From Candidatus Eiseniibacteriota bacterium (GTDB lineage Bacteria > Eisenbacteria > RBG-16-71-46 > JABDJR01 > JAWXBZ01): a DNA stretch of 64,000 nucleotides. Both the position numbers and the translations under genes were made by a program. Where the stretch lies: contig JAWXBZ010000105.1 of NCBI GenBank assembly GCA_034440375.1, positions 9,431 through 73,430 on the forward strand, written 5' to 3'. The notes beneath the pieces are model-generated. The model was given only the letters and a program-made list of their open reading frames with translations. It did not search any database and was not told the DNA's origin. Of the stretch, positions 36,249-45,889 are shown piece after piece. How positions within the stretch are numbered: the stretch's first letter is position 1; the number at the start of each line of letters is the position of its first letter.

Positions 36249-38863
36249 CGACCAGAGCGGCCCTGTCGAAGCCTTCCAGGACGCTCGTTGAAGACCGGCT
36301 GTCACACCTCGAGGAAGTCCTTGATGCGGGAGCCGTCGGGCGTGCCCTCTTCGATCACCTCGGAGGAGCCGGGTTCAAACCCAATGGGGCCCGCGTCACC
36401 TATCTGAATCACAAACCGGCGGTCGGGGCCCTGATCGGGTATCAATTCGACTTGATCGGGCGCGATGAACCGCTGCGGGCGGCCGGCCGGCTCGTTCCGG
36501 CGGCGCGGCTTGGCGCGGTACGGATTGCACTCGAAAGCTGGGCCCTTCGCCACCCGGGGGCACAGGTCATCCACCTTCATCCGTGGCCACTGGTGGTCAC
36601 ACTCTATCCGCATGACCGACACCTTCCGGGACTTTCCGTGCTGGGCCAGAAGGGAAAGTTCAAGCGCCATGTGGACGCGATGGGGATCGGCGCCGGCTTT
36701 GAAGGGGGCCGCGTCAGCGGCGGGCGGACGACACGCCGGCTTCTCACCTGGAAACCCGGGCGCCGGGCCGTCCTCTGCGCCGACCTCGTCTTCGTGGACA
36801 GTACGGGTCGGCACCTGGGCGAACGGGCCGTCATCGTCAAAGCCTACGCGGACAGCACCGGGCGCGAAACACGCGAGTGGATGACGGCGCTTCAGGCCAT
36901 CGGCGACCTGCCGAAGCCGCTCAGGCTGGCCATTCCGCTGGCCTGGGACGATTCCCGAAAGATCCTCTATCAGGAACGACTGGCCGGCGAGCCGCTCCTG
37001 GAATCGACAACAGCTGTGGAGGCGGCGCGAACCGCGGGGCGATGCCTTGGCGGGCTTCATGGGATTTCGCCCATGAGGGGTGCACCCGGATCGACAAGAC
37101 AAGTCCGGTCGGCACCCAGCGTTCTCGGTCAGGTGCGCGCCGTCTCCTGTCATTTTTCGGAGATCCTTCGGGAGATTGGAGCAGGAGCTGGCGGCCGACT
37201 CGGTCAACAACTGGACGGACTGGTAACGCGCCTCGATCAAACGATCGGCGACACCGAATGCGGTTCCCCTGACGATCTCAGAGTCATCCACGGCGATTTC
37301 CACGCCGGACAGATTCTGATCGAGAAGGATCGAATCGGCCTCATCGATCTGGACGAGATGCGGGCCGGGGATCCCCGCCTCGATCTGGCCACGTTTCGGG
37401 CCCATCTCACGTCCCAGGCGCTGGCGGGGCTGATGCCGATGGAGCGGGCGACAGCCATCGACAACGCCTTCCGGGACGGGTACCGCGACGGGTGCGGCAC
37501 TCTTCGGGGTCAGGGCTGGTTCGATGCCGCCGGGTTGGCGCTCCTGACGCTGGAACCGTATCGTCGGCGCGATCCGAACTGGGAGGCGACAACGGCAAGG
37601 ATCATCGAATCAGCCGAGGCACTCGTGGCGCCGACCCCGGCTCGTCGACCCCGGGCGCCGCACGATGCCGAATCAATGGTCGAGCGGCTTCTGGATCGAG
37701 ACGGGGCCCTTTCCCTCCTGAACGGTCTCCTCGAGGCTCGTGGTTCCACTACCCGGCTTCTCGAGGTTCGAAAAGGGGGGCTCAAGGTCAAGAATGAACG
37801 GCTGGAAGGAACCTTTGACGTTGTCGTCAAGACGGCCGCGACTGGAAATGGACACCGGCCGATCACCCATCTCGGCATCGCATTGCCACACGACCATCAA
37901 GGTTCGGACGATCAGTTGAGCCTCCATCTCTCGCCCGAGGATCCGGCCCTGCCGATGTCATGGATCGAGTCGCCCCAAACACGGTTCCGCACGGCGACTC
38001 TTCTCGGTCCTGGCCGCCCGGAGTTCCGGCTCGTGCGCCATCGACACGGCTCTCGCGCGGCCTGGCAGGCGGTTGCGCCGGGCCCGGGCAGGCCGGCCGT
38101 TGCCCTCAAGCTGCGACGCCGCTCTCCGCGTTGGTTCGTAACCGGGGCGGATGAACTTGTTCCGTGGACAGTCCGGCTGCCGTCGCCGCGCAGAACCTTT
38201 GCCACGGCACAGGAGTGGGTCGGCGGCCCTTCGCTGCACGAACGGATCATGACCGTCGGGGCCACCTCGTCGGAACTGGGCCGGGTGGGTCAGCTCGTCG
38301 GTCGTTTTCACCGCGAGGCGCGACTCGTCCCCGCCGGCCGAACGGGCGTGGTGAACACGAGGACGCTCGGCAACGAGCTCGAATCGCTTGCACGTCAACT
38401 GGCCACGATGCCGGTGGCGCCCGATGAGTTGATCAACGGCGTCGCCTCCCGGCTGGATCAGGCTCGTAAACGGTTACCAGGAGCGGTCCGATCCATCGCC
38501 GCCCTGCATGGCGATCTACACGATCGGCAGGTGTTACTCGAGGGGGATCGACCGGTTGTCATCGACTGCGACATGGCCTCTCCCGGGGAGGCGGAACTGG
38601 ACGTTGGCAATTTTCTGGCTCACCTCGTGCTCCGGGCCGTGCAGCTCGGGAAGGATCCGACTCACATTTCCAGCGGGGCCGGTGTCTTTCGCCGGGCCGC
38701 GGAGGATGCCTCGCTCCGCCCGCTGGACAGGGACAGACTCATCGCACATGTCGCCTGCTCCCTCCTTCGCCTGGTGCTTCTCTATCGACTCAGGATCGGG
38801 GGACGCCGTTTCGGCCCGGCGCTCCTGGCGGCGCACGACGTAGCCGGAGATTGGGTGACATGA
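36245..38863 (+). CDS. Tandem aminoglycoside-phosphotransferase (APH/choline kinase)-like protein with two kinase domains
   Basis: Two Brenner-type motif pairs: HGDFHAGQIL..IDLDE..GDP..DLATF and HGDLHDRQVL..IDCD..GE..LDVGNF; upstream WKPGRRAV..VKAY. Confidence 0.82.
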   Translation: MTTRAALSKPSRTLVEDRLSHLEEVLDAGAVGRALFDHLGGAGFKPNGARVTYLNHKPAVGALIGYQFDLIGRDEPLRAAGRLVPAARLGAVRIALESWALRHPGAQVIHLHPWPLVVTLYPHDRHLPGLSVLGQKGKFKRHVDAMGIGAGFEGGRVSGGRTTRRLLTWKPGRRAVLCADLVFVDSTGRHLGERAVIVKAYADSTGRETREWMTALQAIGDLPKPLRLAIPLAWDDSRKILYQERLAGEPLLESTTAVEAARTAGRCLGGLHGISPMRGAPGSTRQVRSAPSVLGQVRAVSCHFSEILREIGAGAGGRLGQQLDGLVTRLDQTIGDTECGSPDDLRVIHGDFHAGQILIEKDRIGLIDLDEMRAGDPRLDLATFRAHLTSQALAGLMPMERATAIDNAFRDGYRDGCGTLRGQGWFDAAGLALLTLEPYRRRDPNWEATTARIIESAEALVAPTPARRPRAPHDAESMVERLLDRDGALSLLNGLLEARGSTTRLLEVRKGGLKVKNERLEGTFDVVVKTAATGNGHRPITHLGIALPHDHQGSDDQLSLHLSPEDPALPMSWIESPQTRFRTATLLGPGRPEFRLVRHRHGSRAAWQAVAPGPGRPAVALKLRRRSPRWFVTGADELVPWTVRLPSPRRTFATAQEWVGGPSLHERIMTVGATSSELGRVGQLVGRFHREARLVPAGRTGVVNTRTLGNELESLARQLATMPVAPDELINGVASRLDQARKRLPGAVRSIAALHGDLHDRQVLLEGDRPVVIDCDMASPGEAELDVGNFLAHLVLRAVQLGKDPTHISSGAGVFRRAAEDASLRPLDRDRLIAHVACSLLRLVLLYRLRIGGRRFGPALLAAHDVAGDWVT

Positions 38864-40635
38864 CCGGCCGGCGCGCGCGCACAATCATGCCCATCATCGC
38901 CCGGACCACCGGCTTCCTCTACCTGGTTGGTGGAGCGTGCGTCTCGATCGCATCCGGGCCGGCTCCTTCGTTGAGCGACCTCCGGCCGGGTGACTGGGTC
39001 GAAGTCAGTGTGACACCCGCTGCCTCTGGCGGCTGGCAGGGCAACGAGGTCGATCTGAAGGATCACAGCGGAATAGCCGGAGGGTCACTGACCGGCACAC
39101 TCCAAACGATGGCGGACGGCAGACGGTCGATCCTGGGTCACCCCATGGCCATTTCGGCCAGTACAGCGATCAAGGACACCGCGGGCCTGAACATCGCCGC
39201 GAGCGCCCTGCTCGACGGGCTCATCGTCGAAGCGCAAATCCAGTCGGAAGGCGACGGATGGAGCGCGCTGAAGCTCAAAGTAAGGCCCGACGATGTCGAA
39301 TGGGAAATAGAGGGGTCCCTGGAGGCCGTGGTTCCAGGTGATCCGACGGTGCTGCGTGTCCTCGGCTTCGACATTCGCACCACACCCGACACGATTGTCC
39401 GGCGTCGTGCCCGGAAGGCGACTCAAATCCCGGGCGTCGATGACGACGATGTCCGACCATCCCGCGCGATTGCCGTGGGGCCGTACCAGGTCGGAATGGT
39501 GGCTGGCCTGGAATTCGACCCGCGCCGCAACTATGACATCAACAGCGCCCGCGACCGCAATCTCTCGCTGCTCGACATGTCGGCCCTGATCGAGGCGACC
39601 GCCCGTTCGGGTGACCGTTGGCGGTCCTTCATCAAAGGGGGTTACCGCCGACAGGAGGTGTTGCTCGACGAGCGCGGTACCCGAGCCGGCAGCCAGCGCT
39701 GGCAACTCGAGGAGGCCTGGATTGCCCGATCCGGGTTCCTCCACCCGGACCTGGCAATCCAGGTTGGGCGGCAGGACTTCGACGAGGCCCACGAGTGGCT
39801 CTACGACGAAAACCTGGATGCGATTCGACTCCACTGGCTTCCCGTCGGAGCTCACGCCACCGCGTCTCTGAGCACGCGACTCGATGACAATGACCCGACT
39901 TCCCACGATCTCTGGAACGGGTTGGTCACACTTGACTGGACCATGAATCCTGACCGGGCCTTCGGCCTGGTGGTGCTATCGAGGTACCCCATCGCCGGCG
40001 CGCCATTGCCCACGCGGACGTGGATTGGGGCCCGGGCCCTCCGGATTCGAATTGGCCGATTCCGGGGATGGGGCGATGTCTCCGTCCTGCGAGGCCATGC
40101 GGGTGTCTCGAAGATCCGCGCCCAGGCCGCTCATCTGTCGACCAGCTTTCTCCTGTCCCGGGCGGGCCGGTTGACCCTCAACGCGGCCTGGGCACGCGGT
40201 TCCGGGGACAACGATCCGGCCGACGGGATCGACGGCACGTATCGCCAGACGGGCTTTCATGACAACAATGATCGATTCGGCGGTGTGACCGGCTTTCGCT
40301 ACTACGGGGAGATGCTGAGGCCGGAGCTGTCAAATCTTTCCGTTGTCACACTCGGCTTCGGGAGTCGCCCAACGCCGAGCAGCTCCATCGACCTCGTCTA
40401 TCACCACTACCGACAGGTTCATGCGGCTCCCTACCTGTCCGAGTCGAACCTCGATGCGAATCCTCTTGGCCTCAACCCCGATCTCGGACACGAAATCGAC
40501 CTGATCATCGGTATCCGGGAGTTTTCGAATATGCGCCTGGAGGGGGTGATAGCTGCCTTCTTCGCGGGCCCTGCCTTTCTTGTCGACTCGGAGACGGCCG
40601 TCAACAGCCGCCTCCAGGTCGATGTGAGTTTCTGA
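38860..40635 (+). CDS. Alginate-export (AlgE)-family outer-membrane barrel with N-terminal DUF5666-like repeats
   Basis: LRPGDWVEV and EIEG..LRVLG repeats; LEEAW, QVGRQDF...WLYDENLDAIR, ARGSGD, YRQTG, LGHEID; terminal Phe. Confidence 0.8.
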   Translation: MTGRRARTIMPIIARTTGFLYLVGGACVSIASGPAPSLSDLRPGDWVEVSVTPAASGGWQGNEVDLKDHSGIAGGSLTGTLQTMADGRRSILGHPMAISASTAIKDTAGLNIAASALLDGLIVEAQIQSEGDGWSALKLKVRPDDVEWEIEGSLEAVVPGDPTVLRVLGFDIRTTPDTIVRRRARKATQIPGVDDDDVRPSRAIAVGPYQVGMVAGLEFDPRRNYDINSARDRNLSLLDMSALIEATARSGDRWRSFIKGGYRRQEVLLDERGTRAGSQRWQLEEAWIARSGFLHPDLAIQVGRQDFDEAHEWLYDENLDAIRLHWLPVGAHATASLSTRLDDNDPTSHDLWNGLVTLDWTMNPDRAFGLVVLSRYPIAGAPLPTRTWIGARALRIRIGRFRGWGDVSVLRGHAGVSKIRAQAAHLSTSFLLSRAGRLTLNAAWARGSGDNDPADGIDGTYRQTGFHDNNDRFGGVTGFRYYGEMLRPELSNLSVVTLGFGSRPTPSSSIDLVYHHYRQVHAAPYLSESNLDANPLGLNPDLGHEIDLIIGIREFSNMRLEGVIAAFFAGPAFLVDSETAVNSRLQVDVSF

Positions 40636-40653
40636 AGTTGTCCACACATCAAG

Positions 40654-42414
40654 ATGAGGATTCCGACCATGCCCGCTGAAATGACTCGAATCGGACGCCG
40701 CACGCCAGCGGCCCTTCTGTGCTTCGGAACGGCTCTGATTTTGTCCGTCGGTCCGGCCTCGGCCTGGACGATTTCCGGGCATGTCACGAACTCCAACGGT
40801 CAGAACGCCGTGGATGTCGACCTCGACTTTGAGGATCGAAGCACCGGAACGATCCTCGACACACCGGGCGACAGGACGGACGCATTCGGCAACTACAGCG
40901 TGACCGTTCCAACCGGTGACTACCGGATCTACTTCAATGCCACGCCGGCCTCACACCTGTTCGACGGCAGTGTGGACGCGACAATCACCTCAGATAGGAC
41001 GATTGACATGGTCTTGAATGTTGGGACGTACGTCAGTGGCGACGTGGTCGACATGGATGGCTTCGGCCTCGCCTTCGTCGACCTGAATTTCTACGATGTT
41101 TCCAGTGGCGCCAACCTCGGGTACGCGGGCGACGACTCCGACGCTTTTGGAAACTTCGCGGTGCTGGTCGATCCGGGCCTGACCTTCGACATCCTCTTCC
41201 GGCCGGCGATCGGCGACCCGCATTGCGCGCGCCAGATCGAGAACGTCGCGGTCGGCACGTCGGACATCGTTCTGCCCCCGGTGGTCCTGGAAAGCGGCGC
41301 GTTTGTCTCAGGAAGCGTCCACCGCACGGACAACGGCAACCCGGTGGTCGATGCCGATATCGACGCCACGAATACTCTGACTGGTGAACGTCGGACCCGG
41401 CTCGGCTTAGACAACACGGACGGATCAGGAGCCTTTCAGGTCGTGCTGCCCGCCGGCACCTGGGACATCACAGCCACTCCCCCGGCCGGGCAGGGGCTGG
41501 CGGCGGAAATCGTTCCCGCTGTGGTCGTCAGCGGCTCCGTCTCGACCGGCACGATCCAGCTGCCCGTCGGCTACAGCATCACGGGCACCGTCCTTGGCCC
41601 GGGGAACGCGCCGCAGTCGGATGCCAACGTCGATCCTGTGCATGTCGTGCGCCGTATCGAGATGCCGACGTCAGGCGACCACACGACCCCCTCCGGGCAG
41701 TACGCCATGATCCTGGCGGCGGCGACGTACGATTTCCTGGTCTGGCCGCCCCCGGGAGCGCCGCTGGCGGTCGGTGTTCTGCGCAATCGAAGCGTGACCG
41801 GGGCTGCCACCCTGCCGACCGTCAACTTGTCCGGCGGTGTCGTCATCCAGGGCACCGCGAAGACCCCCTCGGGTCTGCCGGTCCGCGATGCCGACATCAA
41901 CGCCGAGCAGCTGGCCGATGCGTTCGTTTACCCCACCCGTGACGACAATACCAACGGGTCCGGGGTCTACGCGATCCGTGTGCCGGCGGGATCGTATCGA
42001 CTCATCGCCCGTCCCCCCGTCGGGAGCGGGCTGGTGGCCGATACGGTTGTCGTGGCTGCGACATCAAACCAGACGGTCCACTTCACGTTCGGCGTGACGA
42101 CGCCCAGTGGCGTCGGGGACAGCCGCCCTCCGTCCCGCCTGGCGCTGGCCACGGAACACGATATCGCCGCCGGAGCCGTGGCCTTCCGGTTCTCACTGCC
42201 ACCGGGCCAGGCCATGCCGACAACCCTCCGGATCTACTCCGCTGATGGCCGCCTGCGCCGGACACTGATCGACGAAGTTATGGACGGCGGATCCCACCTC
42301 ACAAGGTGGGACGGGCGGGACGGCTCCGGTCGTCGCCTCCCGTCGGGAATGTACTTCGTCCGACTGGCATCGGCTTCCGACGCAGTTAACGCCCGGGCTG
42401 TCCTGGTGGAATGA
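40654..42414 (+). CDS. Secreted protein with five carboxypeptidase-regulatory-like repeats and a FlgD/T9SS-like C-terminal domain
   Basis: Signal peptide; five units of about 88 aa with pattern G.V...G....D.D......GD.TD..G.Y....P.G.Y; C-terminus IYSADGRLRR..WDGRD..GMYFVRL. Confidence 0.8.
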   Translation: MRIPTMPAEMTRIGRRTPAALLCFGTALILSVGPASAWTISGHVTNSNGQNAVDVDLDFEDRSTGTILDTPGDRTDAFGNYSVTVPTGDYRIYFNATPASHLFDGSVDATITSDRTIDMVLNVGTYVSGDVVDMDGFGLAFVDLNFYDVSSGANLGYAGDDSDAFGNFAVLVDPGLTFDILFRPAIGDPHCARQIENVAVGTSDIVLPPVVLESGAFVSGSVHRTDNGNPVVDADIDATNTLTGERRTRLGLDNTDGSGAFQVVLPAGTWDITATPPAGQGLAAEIVPAVVVSGSVSTGTIQLPVGYSITGTVLGPGNAPQSDANVDPVHVVRRIEMPTSGDHTTPSGQYAMILAAATYDFLVWPPPGAPLAVGVLRNRSVTGAATLPTVNLSGGVVIQGTAKTPSGLPVRDADINAEQLADAFVYPTRDDNTNGSGVYAIRVPAGSYRLIARPPVGSGLVADTVVVAATSNQTVHFTFGVTTPSGVGDSRPPSRLALATEHDIAAGAVAFRFSLPPGQAMPTTLRIYSADGRLRRTLIDEVMDGGSHLTRWDGRDGSGRRLPSGMYFVRLASASDAVNARAVLVE

Positions 42415-44150
42415 TGTCGAGACCCCGGCACTACCTCTTTGAACTGTTTCTGGCAGCCATGATCGTGGCCGGCGGTAACTCGTTTGCCCTGGCCGGTGAC
42501 CCGGAGGCGCCGAGGCTTCGTGGCACGGTCGTGGACCACAACGGCGCCCCGATCTACAAGGCGGATCTGGACTTTTACGAACCGGGTACCCGCAACCGTG
42601 TCGACCCGACTCCGCCGGGCCGCGATCCGGACTCGGACAAGACCGACCTGGACGGGCAATACTCGATAAAGGTGGCTCCTGCCACCTACGACATCCGATA
42701 CCAACCACCGTTGGGCCGTTCCGACCTGGCCACGGTCGTCGTCGAGGGTGTCCGCATCACGGCAGACACGACACTCGACGTGAGGCTCCCGCGAGGCCAT
42801 GTCGTGACCGGCCGCATCACCACCCGTGGCGGTGAGGCGGTCGAAGGGGTCGACATCGACGTCCTCGACCCGATTACCGGACGGCATCTGCCAACGCCCG
42901 GCGACAAGACCGGCACGGGCGGTGCCTACCGGGTGATCATCGTTCCAGGCACCTACACTTTCACCTTTACACCGCCGTCCGGAGCCCGCCTGGTCGCCGT
43001 CGTCCTGACGCGCGTGGCGATCACGGCCGCCACGCGGCTCGATGCCGCCCTTCCACCCGGGTATTTTCTGGTTGGGCGACTCCTTGGACCGGACGGCGCG
43101 CCGGTCACCGGCGCTGACCTCGACGTCGATGACTCGACAAGCGGGGAGCGGATCCGGACACCGGATGACAGCACCGATCCGAACGGCCGCTTCCGAATCG
43201 TCGTTCCCGCCGGCCCGATCGATCTGATCCTCAATCCGCCGCCGGGCCGGGAAATGGCGGCAAACATCGTGAGAAGTATCATTCTGACCGGAGACCGTGA
43301 TCTCGGGGATCTCAGCTTCGAGACTGGAGCAAACCTATCGGCGATCATACTCGGCCCCGACGGCCTGCCCCTTTCGGGCGCGCGCGCGCTGTTCCACGAG
43401 GAAAGCACCGGCCTCCGTTACCCGGCCCCGGGCTCCACCAGCGGTTTGGATGGACGACTGAGCGTCCGCCTGCCTCTCGGCTCGTGGATCGTCCGCGTCG
43501 CGCCACCGATTGGAGCGGCGTTCGACACTCTCGACGCCGGTACGCTGCGGCTCGACCGACCCGGGGAAGCCATCTGGCAGTTCGACGCCGGCGAGTTCCG
43601 CCGGCTGACCATCGGCCTCCTCAACGCCTTGACTCGGCTCGAAGGAACAGTTGAGCTCTGGCGATCGCCACGGTCGGGCAGACCACTCGTGGCCCTGTCG
43701 GTGGGCGGTGACCGACCCGCCGAACTGACGCTGTCTCCCGGTCGATACGATCTGGTGGCCCGTGCCGGGTCCGCCTACCTTCCGGATTCAATAACGATAG
43801 TCGATCTATCAATTTCGGCTGACACCACGCTGACGTTCGACTTTCTGGCTCGGACGCCCCCACCCACGCCGCAAACCGCGGTCGCTCTCGGCCGATCAAC
43901 ACCAAGCCCATTCGCGAGTACCACGCGCATGACGGCGATGGCGACATCCGGGACCCGGGCAACCCTCTTCGTTTTCGACGTATCCGGGCGGCTGGTTCGT
44001 GAATTCCCTCTCGAATTCGCCACCACAAGTCAGGATGTCGAATGGAACGGCCGCGATATGAGTGGCGCACCGGTCCCGGCCGGTGTTTACTTCCTTCGAC
44101 TGTTCACTCCCACCTCCGTGGCCATCGGCCGCGTGGTCAAACGTCCATGA
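42411..44150 (+). CDS. Secreted paralog with 4-5 carboxypeptidase-regulatory-like repeats and a FlgD/T9SS-like C-terminal domain
   Basis: Same repeat unit as the upstream gene; C-terminus PSPF..VFDVSGRLVR..WNGRD..GVYFLRL. Confidence 0.8.
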   Translation: MMSRPRHYLFELFLAAMIVAGGNSFALAGDPEAPRLRGTVVDHNGAPIYKADLDFYEPGTRNRVDPTPPGRDPDSDKTDLDGQYSIKVAPATYDIRYQPPLGRSDLATVVVEGVRITADTTLDVRLPRGHVVTGRITTRGGEAVEGVDIDVLDPITGRHLPTPGDKTGTGGAYRVIIVPGTYTFTFTPPSGARLVAVVLTRVAITAATRLDAALPPGYFLVGRLLGPDGAPVTGADLDVDDSTSGERIRTPDDSTDPNGRFRIVVPAGPIDLILNPPPGREMAANIVRSIILTGDRDLGDLSFETGANLSAIILGPDGLPLSGARALFHEESTGLRYPAPGSTSGLDGRLSVRLPLGSWIVRVAPPIGAAFDTLDAGTLRLDRPGEAIWQFDAGEFRRLTIGLLNALTRLEGTVELWRSPRSGRPLVALSVGGDRPAELTLSPGRYDLVARAGSAYLPDSITIVDLSISADTTLTFDFLARTPPPTPQTAVALGRSTPSPFASTTRMTAMATSGTRATLFVFDVSGRLVREFPLEFATTSQDVEWNGRDMSGAPVPAGVYFLRLFTPTSVAIGRVVKRP

Positions 44151-45889
44151 AGTCGCCACCGGGATTGCCCCTCACCACCCTCATCGACACGATTCGCCCA
44201 CCAGCCCGCCGGGCCTGGAAAATTATCCTGGCCGGCATGGTAGCCATGCTCGGTGTCTCGGCCATGAAGCTTTTGATCCCCTGGCCAATGAAGCTGATCG
44301 TCGATCAGGTCCTCATTCCCACCGCCGGCCGATCCCGGCTGGATTGGCTTCCGGCCGACGCAACTTCGTCCCTCACGGTGCTCTGTCTCGGGCTCATCGC
44401 CATCTACCTCGTCAAGGGGTGGCTCTTCTCACGGCAGGAAATCGCCATGGCCCGGGCGGGGCGGGTGATGATCCTGGCTCTTCGCTCCCGGCTATTCGGG
44501 AAAATTCTCGAGCTGCCTCCCGCTTTCCATTACCGGCGAAAATCCGGTGACCTTCTCACTCGATTGATGACCGATGTGAACCAGATCAAGGATCTGGTTT
44601 TCGGCGTCGGGTTCAACGCGATCGGTGACGTGGTCACCGTCATCGGGATGCTGGCCATCCTGACCTGGTATGACCCGATCCTTGCCCTGGTGGCGATGGT
44701 CGCCGGACCGATCGTCCTGATTCCCTCGCGAGTCTTCTCGCGCAGGATCCGTGGCGTGGCGCGCGAACAAAGAAAGCGGCAGGGCGAGTTGGCCGGATCC
44801 GTCAACGAAGTCCTCCGCTCCCTGCGCGTCGTGCAAACCTTCGATCGGGCGGATGCCCACCAGAGGGCCTTCGATCAAAAAGATGCGGGGCAATTGGATG
44901 CCGATGTTCGGATGACGCGTCTTCAGACCAATCTCTTCCGGGTCGTTGAGATGGGTGTTGCCGTCGGATCGGCGCTGATCCTCTGGCTCGGCGCCCGTCG
45001 GGTACTGGCCGGGCAGCTGAGCCCGGGTGACCTGATCGTCTTCACGCAATACGTCCGCACCATGTACCGGCCGTTTCAGGACATGGCCAAGCTGGCCGGC
45101 CGGTGGAACAAGGCATTGGCCTCGGCCGAACGAATCGCCGACATCCTGGTCACGCCCGACACCCTCCCCGACCCGGTTCGGCCAACGCCTCTCGGGCGCG
45201 CCCGCGGTGATGTTGAATTCCAGAACGTCACGTTCGCCTACGAGGGTCGCACGGCCGTCCTGAACAACCTCAATTTCACCGTGGCGGCGGGTGAATCCGT
45301 GGCTCTCGTCGGTCCCAGCGGCATTGGCAAATCAACGATGTCGAGCCTGATCCTTCGCCTTCATGATCCCCAGGCAGGCTCGGTACGACTCGATGGCGTT
45401 GACGTCCGCCACTACCTCAAGGCGGATCTTCGACGCCAGGTGGCCGTGGTCTTCCAGGAGCCCTGGCTCTTTGGAGTCAGCGTCCGGGACAACATCGCGT
45501 ACGGGCGCGAGGGAGCAACTGAAACCGAAATCGAGGCTGCCGCCCGTGCCGCGCGTGCCCACGACTTCATCCTTGACCTCCCGGAAGGATATGACTCGGT
45601 GCTGGGAGAACATGGCGCCACATTGTCCGCCGGGCAGCGACAGCGGCTGGCCATCGCGCGGGCCCTGCTCCGGGATGCGCCGATCCTGATCCTCGACGAG
45701 CCGATGACCGGACTCGACGAGGGAAGCCGGCGGGAGGTTGCCGATGCGCTTGGCACACTGCGTCGCGGGCGGACGACGATCCTGATCACGCACGATCTGG
45801 AGGACCTCGACGGCATCGACCGGATCCTCCGCCTTGACGGGGCGAACGGCCTCCACGAAACGGAAAGCTACGCTTTCAACCGCTCGTAA
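44147..45889 (+). CDS. ABC exporter, fused permease and ATP-binding protein (MsbA-like)
   Basis: TM domain (PWPMK, GDLLTRL..DV); Walker A GPSGIGKST, signature LSAGQRQR, Walker B ILILDE, H-loop ITH. Confidence 0.93.
   Translation: MKSPPGLPLTTLIDTIRPPARRAWKIILAGMVAMLGVSAMKLLIPWPMKLIVDQVLIPTAGRSRLDWLPADATSSLTVLCLGLIAIYLVKGWLFSRQEIAMARAGRVMILALRSRLFGKILELPPAFHYRRKSGDLLTRLMTDVNQIKDLVFGVGFNAIGDVVTVIGMLAILTWYDPILALVAMVAGPIVLIPSRVFSRRIRGVAREQRKRQGELAGSVNEVLRSLRVVQTFDRADAHQRAFDQKDAGQLDADVRMTRLQTNLFRVVEMGVAVGSALILWLGARRVLAGQLSPGDLIVFTQYVRTMYRPFQDMAKLAGRWNKALASAERIADILVTPDTLPDPVRPTPLGRARGDVEFQNVTFAYEGRTAVLNNLNFTVAAGESVALVGPSGIGKSTMSSLILRLHDPQAGSVRLDGVDVRHYLKADLRRQVAVVFQEPWLFGVSVRDNIAYGREGATETEIEAAARAARAHDFILDLPEGYDSVLGEHGATLSAGQRQRLAIARALLRDAPILILDEPMTGLDEGSRREVADALGTLRRGRTTILITHDLEDLDGIDRILRLDGANGLHETESYAFNRS

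Noticed and set aside
36245-38863. Aminoglycoside resistance gene
   Set aside because: APH fold only; the tandem architecture and glycosyltransferase operon context point to biosynthesis.
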